Assembly: GCA_044222185.1 (NCBI GenBank)
Contig: JBGANV010000001.1
Location: 480,001-544,000, forward strand
DNA: 64,000 nt
Origin: Planctomycetota bacterium
GTDB lineage: Bacteria > Planctomycetota > GCA-002687715 > CAIWVZ01
Direction: 5' to 3'
A program made the translations under genes and the position numbers. The notes under the pieces are model-generated. The model searched no databases and was not told where the DNA came from. It worked only from the letters and a program-made list of their open reading frames with translations. The stretch's first letter is position 1. Each line of letters opens with the position of its first letter. Positions 19,416-29,370 of this stretch are shown here, piece after piece.

Positions 19416-20966
19416 ATGTCGGTTTCGCCCACGCAAGAGATCGTGATCGTCGACTACGGTTCGCAGTTCGCGCAACTGATCGCGCGCCGCGTGCGCGAGC
19501 ACCACGTGTTCTGCCGCGTGGTGACGCCGCGGGCGAAGGCGGCCGATCTGAAATCGCCGTCGTTGCGGGGGATCATCCTCTCCGGCGGACCGGCGTCCGT
19601 CTATGAGAGCGGCGCGCCGTCGCTCGATCCCGCGATCCTGGACCTGGGCGTCCCGGTCCTGGGCGTTTGCTACGGGATGCAGCTGATCGCGCACCTCTCG
19701 GGTTCCGCCGTCACGCCCGGCCTGGAGCGCGAGTTCGGACACCGCGAGCTCGAGATCGTCGCCGAGGCGGGCCTGTTCGCGGGAACGCCCGCCAGGCAGG
19801 TCGTGTGGATGAGCCACGGTGACCAGGTGCAGAACGTGACCTCCACGTTCGAGGTCCTGGCGCGCACGGATACGTGCCCGAATGCCGCCGTGCGGCACGT
19901 CAACAAGCCGATCTTCGGCATCCAGTTCCACCCCGAGGTGGCCCACACGGAATTCGGCACGGCGATCCTCGGGAACTTCCTGCGCCGCATCTGCGGCTGC
20001 GAGCCCCTTTGGCGCATGACGTCGTTCGCCGAGCGGGAGGTCGCGGACATCCGCGCCCGTGTCGGAAACGCCAACGTCATCTGCGGGCTCTCGGGCGGCG
20101 TCGATTCTTCCGTCGCTGCCGTGCTCGTCGCGCGAGCCATCGGCTCGCAGCTCACGTGCATCTTCGTCGACAACGGCCTTTTGCGGTCGGGCGAAGGGGA
20201 CGAGGTGCAAGCCGCGTTCGAGGGACGATTCGGCCTGCATTTCCGCCGCGTCGACGCCTCGGCGCTGTTCCTCGAACGGTTGGCCGGCGTCGTGGACCCC
20301 GAGCAGAAGCGCAAGATCATCGGCAAGGCGTTCATCGACGTGTTCGAGGCCGAGGCGCGCAAGATCCCGGGGGTCGAGTACCTCGTCCAGGGGACGCTCT
20401 ATCCCGACGTCATCGAGTCCGTCTCCTTCCACGGCGGCCCGTCGGCGACGATCAAGAGTCACCACAACGTGGGTGGCCTCCCCGAGAAGCTCGGCTTCAA
20501 GTTGATCGAGCCTCTCCGCCCCCTGTTCAAGGACGAGGTCCGCGAACTGGGCCACGAGCTGGGTCTGCCGGAGGATCTGGTGTGGCGTCATCCGTTCCCG
20601 GGGCCGGGCCTCGCCGTCCGACTCCTCGGGGACATCACCAGTGAACGGCTGGAGATCCTGCGGGCCGCCGACCGCATCGTGCAGGAGGAGATCAAGCGTG
20701 CCGGTCTCTACCGCAAGTTGTGGCAGGTGTTCGCGGTCCTATTGCCGATCCGATCGGTCGGCGTCATGGGGGACGGCCGCACCTACGATCTGACCTGTGC
20801 GATCCGCGCCGTCACGTCCACCGATGCCATGACGGCCGAATGGGCCCGTCTGCCCCACGACGTCCTCGCGGCCATGTCCCGGCGCATCGTGAACGAGGTT
20901 CGCGGGATCAACCGCGTCGTCTACGACATCTCGTCGAAGCCGCCCTCGACGATCGAATGGGAGTGA
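19416..20966 (+). CDS. guaA: GMP synthase (glutamine-hydrolysing)
   Basis: [43 protein letters not shown]-terminal KPPSTIEWE. Confidence 0.98.
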   Translation: MSVSPTQEIVIVDYGSQFAQLIARRVREHHVFCRVVTPRAKAADLKSPSLRGIILSGGPASVYESGAPSLDPAILDLGVPVLGVCYGMQLIAHLSGSAVTPGLEREFGHRELEIVAEAGLFAGTPARQVVWMSHGDQVQNVTSTFEVLARTDTCPNAAVRHVNKPIFGIQFHPEVAHTEFGTAILGNFLRRICGCEPLWRMTSFAEREVADIRARVGNANVICGLSGGVDSSVAAVLVARAIGSQLTCIFVDNGLLRSGEGDEVQAAFEGRFGLHFRRVDASALFLERLAGVVDPEQKRKIIGKAFIDVFEAEARKIPGVEYLVQGTLYPDVIESVSFHGGPSATIKSHHNVGGLPEKLGFKLIEPLRPLFKDEVRELGHELGLPEDLVWRHPFPGPGLAVRLLGDITSERLEILRAADRIVQEEIKRAGLYRKLWQVFAVLLPIRSVGVMGDGRTYDLTCAIRAVTSTDAMTAEWARLPHDVLAAMSRRIVNEVRGINRVVYDISSKPPSTIEWE

Positions 20967-21191
20967 GGCCGGGCCGTCCGTCGGCGGGAACGTTGACTTC
21001 GCCGCCGATCGGGCCGAGAACGCCGCGCATGCCATCGCCTCCTCAACATTCTCTGTGCGGCGGCCTGGTTTGTGTCAGTGCACCTGCTCCTTGCCCAAGG
21101 CTCGGTCGTGAATGTCGGCGACCGCCCGAAGGTGTCCGTCGACGCATCGGTCTACAAGCCGAAGTGATCGCGCTGCGCCGCCGGCGTCTGA

Positions 21192-23843
21192 TCATTTCGG
21201 CGGTGCGAACTTGAAGTCGACTCCAGCGACGCCCGCCTTCACGGTGCGCGCCTTCGGCGGAGGGCCCGCGTCGCCCCCCTTGGGGTACACCTGGACGACG
21301 TACTCACCGGGCACGAGTCCTCCGATCTTGTAGTGGCCGTTGGCGTCCGTCTCGCCGTAACCGCCACCGAGGAATGACGACTTGCCCGGCGCCGAAGGCG
21401 TGGCATTCACGCCGACGTTCGCGACGGGAGCGTCCGCCGCATCGGTGACCGTCCCCTCGATCGACAGCGTCCGCAACAGTCGCAGCGTGACCTGCTCGGT
21501 CGCGCCCGCTGCGAGTGTGAGCGTCGTGTTCGCGGGATCGAGTACGAAGTCCGGCGGCCATTTGAATTCGGGCCTGGGGGAGTCCGGGTCTTCGTCTGAC
21601 GACACGATCCCGAACCAATCCAGTCGAAGGCTGCATTCACCTGGCGGGAGACCGGCGAATGTGAACCGACCGTCGTCATCGGTCGTGGCGTGTTGCCCGC
21701 CGTCCGTGAGCCCTGCGAACATCGCGCGGATCTGGTCGCCGGCCGGCTCGCATACGAGGCCGGTGCGGCGGGACGGCTGGCCCGACGCGTCGCGGAGCGT
21801 GCCCGTGATCGTCGCACCTTTCTGGAGGGTGATCGTCACCGGCAACGCGGGAGCCTGCGTCGTATCCAGCGTCACCTTGCCGCCGCCGGAAAACGCGGGG
21901 TGGATCGCCGCGACGAGAAGGTCGGGCGCCTTGGCCACGCCGCGGAGGCGGACCTTCCCGGTCGCGTCCGTCGCGCGTGGTGCCGTGACGGCCGAGCGAC
22001 GGAACTGGATGGTCGACGCCTCCCAGGGCGGACACCACGTCACGTTGGCGCCGGGCACGGGCTTGCCGTCAGGGTCCACGACGAGCACCTCGAGCTCAGC
22101 CCCGCGTCGCAGGGGAACCGTCACGTTCGTCGCGGCGTCGCCCGGTCGAACCTCGACGGTCGTCCCCGGGGGGCGCAGCATCATCAGGAACGTGTCGGTG
22201 GAGTGGTCGTTCGGGTCCCTCGGTGGCGGATCCGTGAAGTACCCATCGCACCGGGCCGTGACGAGAAGCTTGCCTGGGCCCACCGCCTTCGCGGTGAACG
22301 TTCCGTCTTGCGCGGTGCGCGTCGTCGTGGCGGTCGCGATCCGCACGAAGCCCTGCGTGAGGGGTGGGTGGACCGTGACGTCCGCATTCGGCACGGGCGC
22401 GCCCGTGTCCGCGTCGGTCACCTTTCCAACGATGGTGCCGCCTCCGACCATGGGGATGTCGTGGCGAACGACGGCGCCCGGGTCGATGGTCGGCAGGGCG
22501 TCGTGCTCCTCGTTCACGTCGGCTCCGGTGAGGGAGCGATCCGCCACGTTCGCCATGACGTGTCCATGGATCGTGGCGACGATCGTCACCCCCTCGCCAG
22601 TCGGAGCTTGTTCGAAGGCGAACCGTCCGTCTTCGCCGGACCGCGTCTCCTCGAAGGCCACCGCGTCAGTCGTCGCGATGACGCTCACGACGGCTCCCGG
22701 CAGACCCTTGGATGTCGTGCGGTCGAAGACGCGCCCTTCGATGCGCGACGCTCTTCGCAGCACGATTTCGATCTCCTTCGGACTCGCGCGGAGGTTCTCG
22801 GCGCCGCCGCCGGCGAATCCTGGGGCCCGGGCCAGGATGCCAAGCATCCCGTCACCGACCGTCGTGAACACGAAGCGCCCCGTGTCATCGGTTCGCGTGC
22901 GTTGTGCCTTCGGTATCCAGACCGAACCGGCCGAGTATTCGACGACGGCAACCGTGGCGCCGACGACGGGCGTGCCACTCTCCGAGCGCACGACGCCGCG
23001 GGCGGTCCTGCCCTCCGTCATCCGGATCTCGATCGTCGGCGGCGCGGCTCCCGCGCTCACGGTGATGACGTCCGAGAACCGCGTCTGCAGCCCCGCCTTG
23101 TGGGCGGCGATCGTGTAGCGGCCGGGGGCGGCCGCGGGAAAGCTGAACGTCCCATCGGCGATCGTCTGCGCATCGTCGAGCGACTCGTCTCCGCGGAACA
23201 GCTCGCGGAACATGCCGAGTACGTCGAACTCCTCGTCCGCGATCGACACTTGTGACTCGAGCAGGTGCAGATCGACGTCCGCGATCGGTGTCCCTTCGCG
23301 CGTGACGACCTTCCCGGTGATCGCGATCCCTGCGCGAAGGGCCACGTCTCCCAGATCGAGGTGGTCATTCGGCGGGACGTTGATCTCGCGGAGCAATCTG
23401 GGGCCGAATCCCGGCGCGACCACGAGGACCGTGGCGTCGAGTACACCCGGAACGCCGGGCAGAGTGAAGGAGCCGTCGCCGCTGGACTCGCCCCGGACGG
23501 CGAAGAGTGCGGTTGGATGCCGGAGGATGATCGTCGACCGCGCGAGTCCTTCGCGAGTGACCTCGTCGACGACCCGCCCACGAACCACCGACTCGCCCGT
23601 CGAGGGGGGCGGTGGCAGGTCGCGAATGCCGGCGCTCGGCTGACGGGCGACGACCGCGCCGCCAGGGTGCCGTGCATCGGGCCGGGACTCGGGGTTCATC
23701 CGCGCGGCGGACGTGGCCGTCGGGTTGCCGTCGGCGCCGCCGGTCGTGGACGCCTCACGCGAACCATCGAGGAGTGAGATCACTGCGAACGTGACCGCGG
23801 CCAGGACCGCGATCACCCCGATACCGAGAGCAAGACGTTTCAT
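21192..23843 (-). CDS. Membrane-anchored protein with multiple carboxypeptidase-regulatory-like (CarboxypepD_reg) repeats
   Basis: N-terminal TM; about 7 repeats of G.V.D..G.PV..A.V...T..DG.F.....PG.Y. Confidence 0.85.
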   Translation of the reverse strand: MKRLALGIGVIAVLAAVTFAVISLLDGSREASTTGGADGNPTATSAARMNPESRPDARHPGGAVVARQPSAGIRDLPPPPSTGESVVRGRVVDEVTREGLARSTIILRHPTALFAVRGESSGDGSFTLPGVPGVLDATVLVVAPGFGPRLLREINVPPNDHLDLGDVALRAGIAITGKVVTREGTPIADVDLHLLESQVSIADEEFDVLGMFRELFRGDESLDDAQTIADGTFSFPAAAPGRYTIAAHKAGLQTRFSDVITVSAGAAPPTIEIRMTEGRTARGVVRSESGTPVVGATVAVVEYSAGSVWIPKAQRTRTDDTGRFVFTTVGDGMLGILARAPGFAGGGAENLRASPKEIEIVLRRASRIEGRVFDRTTSKGLPGAVVSVIATTDAVAFEETRSGEDGRFAFEQAPTGEGVTIVATIHGHVMANVADRSLTGADVNEEHDALPTIDPGAVVRHDIPMVGGGTIVGKVTDADTGAPVPNADVTVHPPLTQGFVRIATATTTRTAQDGTFTAKAVGPGKLLVTARCDGYFTDPPPRDPNDHSTDTFLMMLRPPGTTVEVRPGDAATNVTVPLRRGAELEVLVVDPDGKPVPGANVTWCPPWEASTIQFRRSAVTAPRATDATGKVRLRGVAKAPDLLVAAIHPAFSGGGKVTLDTTQAPALPVTITLQKGATITGTLRDASGQPSRRTGLVCEPAGDQIRAMFAGLTDGGQHATTDDDGRFTFAGLPPGECSLRLDWFGIVSSDEDPDSPRPEFKWPPDFVLDPANTTLTLAAGATEQVTLRLLRTLSIEGTVTDAADAPVANVGVNATPSAPGKSSFLGGGYGETDANGHYKIGGLVPGEYVVQVYPKGGDAGPPPKARTVKAGVAGVDFKFAPPK

Positions 23844-23980
23844 CCGTGCGCTTCCATTCAGGTGTCGTGCGCGCCAAGGCGCGCGGCTCGCATTCTACGG
23901 AGCCTTCGCAGAACTTTTCCCCGCGCCGAGCCGTGTGGTAACAGGAGCCATCATCGGTCGTCGGATCGCGGAGGTCATGC

Positions 23981-24490
23981 ATGGCGGGTTACTCGGGAAC
24001 ACCGTTGCCACGAAAGCTCGGGATCAAGGACGGTCATCGCGTCTGGGTCGTTCAGCAACCCACGGGATTTCGAGAGACGCTGGGGACGCTCCCCTCGGAG
24101 GCCTCTGTCGCCACGACGGCCGCCGGATCCGATCCGGTCGACGTCATCCTGCTCTTCGTTCGCGAGGCCCGGGACCTGGTGGCTCGTCTGCCCGGATGCC
24201 GTGCCCGCCTGGCCGACGATGGCGGGCTGTGGATCTGCTGGCCGAAGAAGGCGTCCGGCGTTCGCACGGACGTGACGGATTCCGTCGTTCGCGCGGCTGG
24301 GCTGGCCACGGGGCTCGTGGACAACAAGGTCTGCGCCGTCGACGACACCTGGTCCGGGCTGCGCTTCGTGGTCCGGCTCGCCGACCGCGGAAAGGGAAAC
24401 GTCCAGGCCGCGAGGGTCAGGTCCCGAGCAGTTCCTTCAGGATCTCGGCCACGAGCGAGGGATTCGCGCGGCCCTTCGTCTCGCGCATGA
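23981..24490 (+). CDS. DUF3052-family protein
   Basis: MAGYSGTPL.RKLGIK, LWICWPKKASGV.TD, GLVDNKVCAVD.TWSGLRFV; GGAGG RBS; tail overlaps the gatB 3' end. Confidence 0.88.
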   Translation: MAGYSGTPLPRKLGIKDGHRVWVVQQPTGFRETLGTLPSEASVATTAAGSDPVDVILLFVREARDLVARLPGCRARLADDGGLWICWPKKASGVRTDVTDSVVRAAGLATGLVDNKVCAVDDTWSGLRFVVRLADRGKGNVQAARVRSRAVPSGSRPRARDSRGPSSRA

Positions 24491-25850
24491 CGAAACCGAC
24501 GATGGCTCCAGCAGCCTGGGCTTTCCCCGCCGCGAGATCGGCGCGCGCCTTCGGGTTGGCATCGATCGCCCGCCGCACGACGGCGACCAGGCCCGCGCGG
24601 TCGGACAGTTGTGCGAGTCCCAGCTCCGACACCACCTGGCGCGCCGGGCGTGGATCTCGGTTCACCTCCACGAGGACGTCTCGCGCGGACCGCACGTTCA
24701 GCGTTCCGTCCTTCACCAGCCCGATGATCTCCGCGAGGGCTTCGGGACGGACGCCGAGTTCATCGATCGCGATTCCGCCCTTCATCAACCCGAACAGCTC
24801 CGTCGTCACCCAGTTCGCGGCCGCCTTGGCATCTTTGGTGAGTGCCGCCGTGTGCTCGAAGTACCGGCAGACGTCCGGGTCGGCGATGAGCACGCCCGCG
24901 TCGTAGGGCGTCAATCCGAGCTTCGTCGTGTAGCGGTCGAGCCTCGCCTGCGGGAGTTCGGGCATGGCCTCATGCACCGCGTCGATCCACGCGTCATCGA
25001 TGGTGAAGGGCGGCAGGTCGGGATCGGGGAAGTAGCGGTAGTCAGGCGCCGTCTCCTTCTTTCGCATGCTCCGCGAGCGTGTTCGATCGTCGTCCCACGA
25101 GCGGGTCTCGGGCTCCACGGCGCCGCCGGCTTGGAGGATCTCCGCCTGTCGTGACGCCTCGTTCTCGATGGCGCGCTGCACTGCCTTGAAGGAGTTGAGA
25201 TTCTTGAGCTCGACCCGCGTTCCGAAGGACGTCGTGCCCCGGCGGCGAAGCGACACGTTGACGTCGCACCGGAGCGAGCCCTTCTCCATGTCGCAGTCGG
25301 AGACTTCGATCGACTTGAGCAACTGCTTCAACGCCACGAGATACGCGTAGGCCTCGTCCGCACTGCGAATGTCGGGAGCGGACACGATCTCGAGGAGCGG
25401 CACCCCGCAGCGGTTCAGGTCGATCCGCGAGAATGCATCACCTTCGGCGTGGATCCCCTTGCCCGCGTCCTCTTCCAGGTGCGCTCGCGGGATCCTGATG
25501 ATCCGATCCGCGAAGCCCGGGAGCGCGAGCGAGCCGTTGGAGACGACGGGGAGGTCCGTCTGCGAGATCTGATAGCCCTTGGGGAGATCGGGGTAGAAGT
25601 ACTGTTTGCGGTCGAAGCGCGTCCGGCTGGCGATCGATCCTCCGAGTGCCAGGCCCACACGGATCGCCAGTTCGATGGCGCGGCGATTCGGTACGGGCAG
25701 TGCTCCGGGAAGGCCCATGCACACGGGGCAGACGAGAGTGTTCGGTGGTTCCCCGAAGCGCGCGCGGCACGCGCAGAACATCTTGGAGTCGGTACGGAGT
25801 TGGACGTGGACCTCCAACCCGACGACGACCTCGAACTCCGCGGCGCTCAC
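24417..25850 (-). CDS. gatB: Asp/Glu-tRNA amidotransferase subunit B
   Basis: VVGLEVHVQL, YFYPDLPKGYQISQ, HLEEDAGK, GSLRCDVNVS, DYRYFPDPDL. GTG start overlaps the gatA stop. Confidence 0.97.
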   Translation of the reverse strand: MSAAEFEVVVGLEVHVQLRTDSKMFCACRARFGEPPNTLVCPVCMGLPGALPVPNRRAIELAIRVGLALGGSIASRTRFDRKQYFYPDLPKGYQISQTDLPVVSNGSLALPGFADRIIRIPRAHLEEDAGKGIHAEGDAFSRIDLNRCGVPLLEIVSAPDIRSADEAYAYLVALKQLLKSIEVSDCDMEKGSLRCDVNVSLRRRGTTSFGTRVELKNLNSFKAVQRAIENEASRQAEILQAGGAVEPETRSWDDDRTRSRSMRKKETAPDYRYFPDPDLPPFTIDDAWIDAVHEAMPELPQARLDRYTTKLGLTPYDAGVLIADPDVCRYFEHTAALTKDAKAAANWVTTELFGLMKGGIAIDELGVRPEALAEIIGLVKDGTLNVRSARDVLVEVNRDPRPARQVVSELGLAQLSDRAGLVAVVRRAIDANPKARADLAAGKAQAAGAIVGFVMRETKGRANPSLVAEILKELLGT

Positions 25851-27328
25851 GAGCGTGGCTCCGTGACGCCTGGCATCCGGCCGGCAAGCCCCAGTGCGTC
25901 CTCGATCACCTGGCCCGCGCGGAAGAGGGCGGCCTCGGCGAAGGCCGGCCCGACGAGCTGCGCGCCCACGGGGAGATCGGCGTCCATCTCGCGAACGAAA
26001 CCGCAGGGGACGGCCAGGCCCGGCAACCCCGCGAGGTTGCACGCGACCGTGAGAACGTCGCTCGCGTACATCGTCACCGGGTCCGACGTGCGCTCGCCCA
26101 GCCTGAACGCGGGGGTCGGAGTCGTCGGCATGAGGATCAGATCACACGCCGCGAAGGCCGCCTCGAAGTCGCCACGGACGAGCGCGCGCGCCCGCTGCGC
26201 CGCGCCGTAGTAGGCGTCGTGGTAGCCGGCCGAGAGGCACCAGGTCCCGAGCAGGATGCGGCGCCTGACCTCGGGCCCCAGGCCTTCGCCTCGCGAGTTT
26301 CGCATGAGCGATTCGACGTCGGTGGCGTGGTCGGACCGGTGGCCGAACCGGATTCCATCGAAGCGCGCGAGGTTCGACGACGCCTCGGCGGTGGCGAGGA
26401 TGTAGTAGGCCGCGATCGCAGCATCGCTGTTGGGAAGGGACACGTCGACGATCGACGCCCCCGCCGATTCGAGGCTCCGAGCGCACGCGAGGATGAGTTC
26501 GCGGATCCGTCCGTCGACGGCGTGCGTCATGGCCTCCATGGGGATTCCGACACGCTGGCCTTGCACTCCGTGTGTCAACGTCGCGAGACAGTCCTCGACC
26601 GGAAGCCTCGAGCAGGTCGCATCGGCGTCGTCGGCACCGGCGATCGCTTGGAACAGGAGGGCCGCGTCGCCAACTCGTCGAGCGAGCGGGCCGATCTGGT
26701 CGAGGGACGATGCGAACGCAACGAGGCCGCTCCGGCTCACGCGGCCGAAGGTCGGTTTGAGTCCGACGACGCCGCAATGAGCGGCAGGCTGCCGGATCGA
26801 TCCTCCGGTATCACTCCCGAGTGCTGCGTGAGCGATCCCCGTCGCCACGGCGACGGCCGAACCGCCGCTCGACCCACCCGGCGTTCGATCCGGCGCCCAG
26901 GGGTTGCGGGTCGGGAAGAACGCGGAGTTCTCCGTGGACGATCCCATGCCGAACTCGTCCAGGTTCGTCTTGCCGAGTACGACCGCACCGGCCGCTTCGA
27001 GACGCGTCACGGCCGTCGCGTCGACGGGCGGCAGGTACGTGCGCAGCATGCGCGAACCGCACGTGGTCGGGAGCCCCTGCACGCAGATGTTGTCCTTCAC
27101 CGCCACCATGAGCCCCGCGAGCGGCGGACGCTCGCCGGACCGAAGCCGCGCGTCGACCAGGTCGGCACGGCGACGGACGTCGTCGGCGACGTGCGTGATG
27201 AAGACCCCGAGCCGTTCACCGAGTTCCGCGGCGCGCGCCACCGCCGCCTCCGCGAGGTCCCGGGCGCGCAGGCGGCCGGCATGCACCTCGGCGACGATCG
27301 ACCTCGCGGCGTCCGCGTGGTTGCTCAT
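25847..27328 (-). CDS. gatA: Asp/Glu-tRNA amidotransferase subunit A
   Basis: VKDNI, GKTNLDEFGMGSSTE, PGGSSGGSA, GSDTGGSIRQPA, EASSNLARFDG. Confidence 0.97.
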   Translation of the reverse strand: MSNHADAARSIVAEVHAGRLRARDLAEAAVARAAELGERLGVFITHVADDVRRRADLVDARLRSGERPPLAGLMVAVKDNICVQGLPTTCGSRMLRTYLPPVDATAVTRLEAAGAVVLGKTNLDEFGMGSSTENSAFFPTRNPWAPDRTPGGSSGGSAVAVATGIAHAALGSDTGGSIRQPAAHCGVVGLKPTFGRVSRSGLVAFASSLDQIGPLARRVGDAALLFQAIAGADDADATCSRLPVEDCLATLTHGVQGQRVGIPMEAMTHAVDGRIRELILACARSLESAGASIVDVSLPNSDAAIAAYYILATAEASSNLARFDGIRFGHRSDHATDVESLMRNSRGEGLGPEVRRRILLGTWCLSAGYHDAYYGAAQRARALVRGDFEAAFAACDLILMPTTPTPAFRLGERTSDPVTMYASDVLTVACNLAGLPGLAVPCGFVREMDADLPVGAQLVGPAFAEAALFRAGQVIEDALGLAGRMPGVTEPRS

Positions 27329-27615
27329 GGGTCGGCGATCACCCGCGGCACCCGGAAGAACCCATCGATCGTCGACGGCGCGTTTCGAAGCGCGTCACCG
27401 CCCTCGAGTCCATGACGGGGCACGTCCTCTCGGAGCGCGTCCGACCCCTGGGCGGGAAGTTCGGCACTCGCCGCCGCCGCGCTGTGGAGACCGCGGACCC
27501 GCTCGACGAATGCCACGATGCATGTCATCTCGTTCGCGAGCTGCTCCTCCTCGTCTGGACGGACGGCAAGCCGGGCCAACGCGGCAGTCCGCTGGATCTG
27601 ATCCCTATCCATCAT
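27325..27615 (-). CDS. gatC: Asp/Glu-tRNA amidotransferase subunit C
   Basis: A.LARL, LREDVP, L.NAP...DGFFRVPRVI; coupled to gatA. Confidence 0.92.
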   Translation of the reverse strand: MMDRDQIQRTAALARLAVRPDEEEQLANEMTCIVAFVERVRGLHSAAAASAELPAQGSDALREDVPRHGLEGGDALRNAPSTIDGFFRVPRVIADP

Positions 27616-27826
27616 CCCAAACTCTTTCGAGCCAAGTTCTTATGAGGCGGGTGCGACATCGTCGGCCGTCGTTTGGCGGGGAAGCGAAGACATCGGCGAA
27701 CGTGCCCGGTCCTTGCCGATCGCCGTCGGCACGAGGCGGCGGAGCGGATCGTAGGCCGGTGGCCTGAAGGCGGCAACGCGCGACCATCCACGCAGCGAAA
27801 GATTGTTGAGAACTCCATCGTCCCCG

Positions 27827-27855
27827 TTGACAGCGACGACGCGACCCGCAAACAT
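27827..27855 (+). promoter_or_regulatory. Putative sigma70 promoter
   Basis: Perfect TTGACA, N17, weak -10 AAACAT. Confidence 0.4.
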
Positions 27856-27933
27856 GAACCCCAGCGGTTGGAAGCTGTCGTCCCAATTCCGGACGCCTGT
27901 CGGAGCCGCAGGGATCCTGGGGGAAAGCCTCGC

Positions 27934-28524
27934 ATGGTCGAGTTCGACTTCGACTTCCTGACGCGGACGCTCGGGATGGTTGGCCTGTTCTTCATCTGCT
28001 GCGCGATCATCCAGAACAAGCCCAAGCACATCCTCGAGGAGCAGTTCGGCGTTTACACCGGGGGCCTTCGCAGCCTCAAGGGCTCCGTCTTCAAGAAGAA
28101 CCAGCTCGTGCTGGGATTCTCCTGCGTGTTGCTGGGCCTGATCCTCGATCAGTTCAGCGTCGTCCTTGCGCGAAGCGACGGTCGCGGGGTGCTCAACAAC
28201 GCATCGCCGCTCACCCTCGTGCTGGTCTGGCTCATGCTCGTCGTCGTGCTGTGCGCGGTGATGAACTACTTCTGCCGCCGATGGAGCAAGTGGCACTTCC
28301 GCCAGATCATCACGGAGGTGATCACCGAGCACCGCTGGCCGTTCGAGCAGAACATGGCCCTGACGATCGAGATCGGACACCTCCTGGGCGTCGACCGACA
28401 GGACGACGACACCGTCGAGCGCTACGTCAATCGCCTGCGGGCCCACCTGGAGCTTCCGCCGCTCGAGGAAAAACGGTCCCGGACACCCACCCGCTCCCAG
28501 CGCCTCGGATTGAACTTCAAGTGA
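27934..28524 (+). CDS. Hypothetical 3-TM membrane protein with a soluble C-terminus
   Basis: ORF from ATG 27934 with GC3-rich native codon pattern and three hydrophobic helices; no family recognised. Confidence 0.75.
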   Translation: MVEFDFDFLTRTLGMVGLFFICCAIIQNKPKHILEEQFGVYTGGLRSLKGSVFKKNQLVLGFSCVLLGLILDQFSVVLARSDGRGVLNNASPLTLVLVWLMLVVVLCAVMNYFCRRWSKWHFRQIITEVITEHRWPFEQNMALTIEIGHLLGVDRQDDDTVERYVNRLRAHLELPPLEEKRSRTPTRSQRLGLNFK

Positions 28525-28617
28525 CGTGAGCGCTCGTCGAAACGGACGCCGCACGCGGCGTCCGTGTTTCGGACACGACCGTGCGGGAGGCTCGCGAGGC
28601 GCGTCTCCCTTTGCGGG

Positions 28618-29370
28618 ATGTCATCCGAGAGCTGGCTCGAGTCCATCGTCCGATTCGTCTACGCGCCGGCGTGTCCAGGTTGCAGCGTGCCGTCGGACTC
28701 CGACGGGTTTTGCATCGATTGCGAGCGCCGGCTCCCGCGTTGGCGTGGCCCGATCGAGGTGGAGGGGTGCGATGCGGTCGTCGGTGCTTGCCGCTTCTCC
28801 GACCTTGCCCGGGACCTGGTCCACCGGCTGAAGTATGGCCGGGACACGCACCCGGGACCGGCCATGGCCGACCTCCTGGCGGGCGTCTGCGCGGACGACC
28901 CCCGCTTGGGCGTGGTGGATGCGGTGGTCCCGGTGCCCTTATCCCGGCGGCGCCTGCTGACACGAGGTTTCAACCAGGCTCAGTTTCTTGCTGACGGGGT
29001 CGCGTCCCGGCTGGTTTGCGCCAATCTCCCGCGGCTTCTCCGTCGCATCCGGCACTCGAGACCGCAGGCCGGGCTCCCGCGGGACGTTCGGCTGGCGAAC
29101 CTGGAAGGCACGTTCCTCGGGGCGCCCGCATCGTGGCTTCGCGCCGTGCTGGTCGTCGATGACGTCATGACGACCGGAAGCACCCTCCGAGAGGCGGCGC
29201 GTGCGTTGAAAGCCGCCGGGGCGCGAAGGGTTTTCGGCGCGGCGTTCGCCATAGCTGACCTGACGGCGGACCGGGGTTACGCTCTCCCTGAGGACGTGGC
29301 GCCCGCCGATCGACCCCGGGGCGGACGCGACGCGTTGCCGTGCCCGACAAAAGGAACCCTCACACCATGA
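28618..29370 (+). CDS. comF: ComF-family amidophosphoribosyltransferase-like protein
   Basis: CxxC..CxxC, LKY, VVPVPLS..R...RGFNQA, LVVDDVMTTGST. Confidence 0.92.
   Translation: MSSESWLESIVRFVYAPACPGCSVPSDSDGFCIDCERRLPRWRGPIEVEGCDAVVGACRFSDLARDLVHRLKYGRDTHPGPAMADLLAGVCADDPRLGVVDAVVPVPLSRRRLLTRGFNQAQFLADGVASRLVCANLPRLLRRIRHSRPQAGLPRDVRLANLEGTFLGAPASWLRAVLVVDDVMTTGSTLREAARALKAAGARRVFGAAFAIADLTADRGYALPEDVAPADRPRGGRDALPCPTKGTLTP

Noticed and set aside
17598-20591. 997-aa minus-strand ORF (similarly 33014..35905, 56315..58438, 47860..49440)
   Set aside because: Antisense shadows of guaBA, the NRPS, purL and recJ, with no domain motifs.
20967-21191. Prophage or integrative element at the guaA 3' end; tRNA-Sec in intergenic gaps
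   Set aside because: No integrase, att duplication, cloverleaf or T-loop motif seen.
24417-24490. 74-bp convergent overlap of DUF3052 and gatB
   Set aside because: The overlapping DUF3052 tail lies beyond the conserved domain; this is ordinary stop-codon drift in GC-rich DNA.
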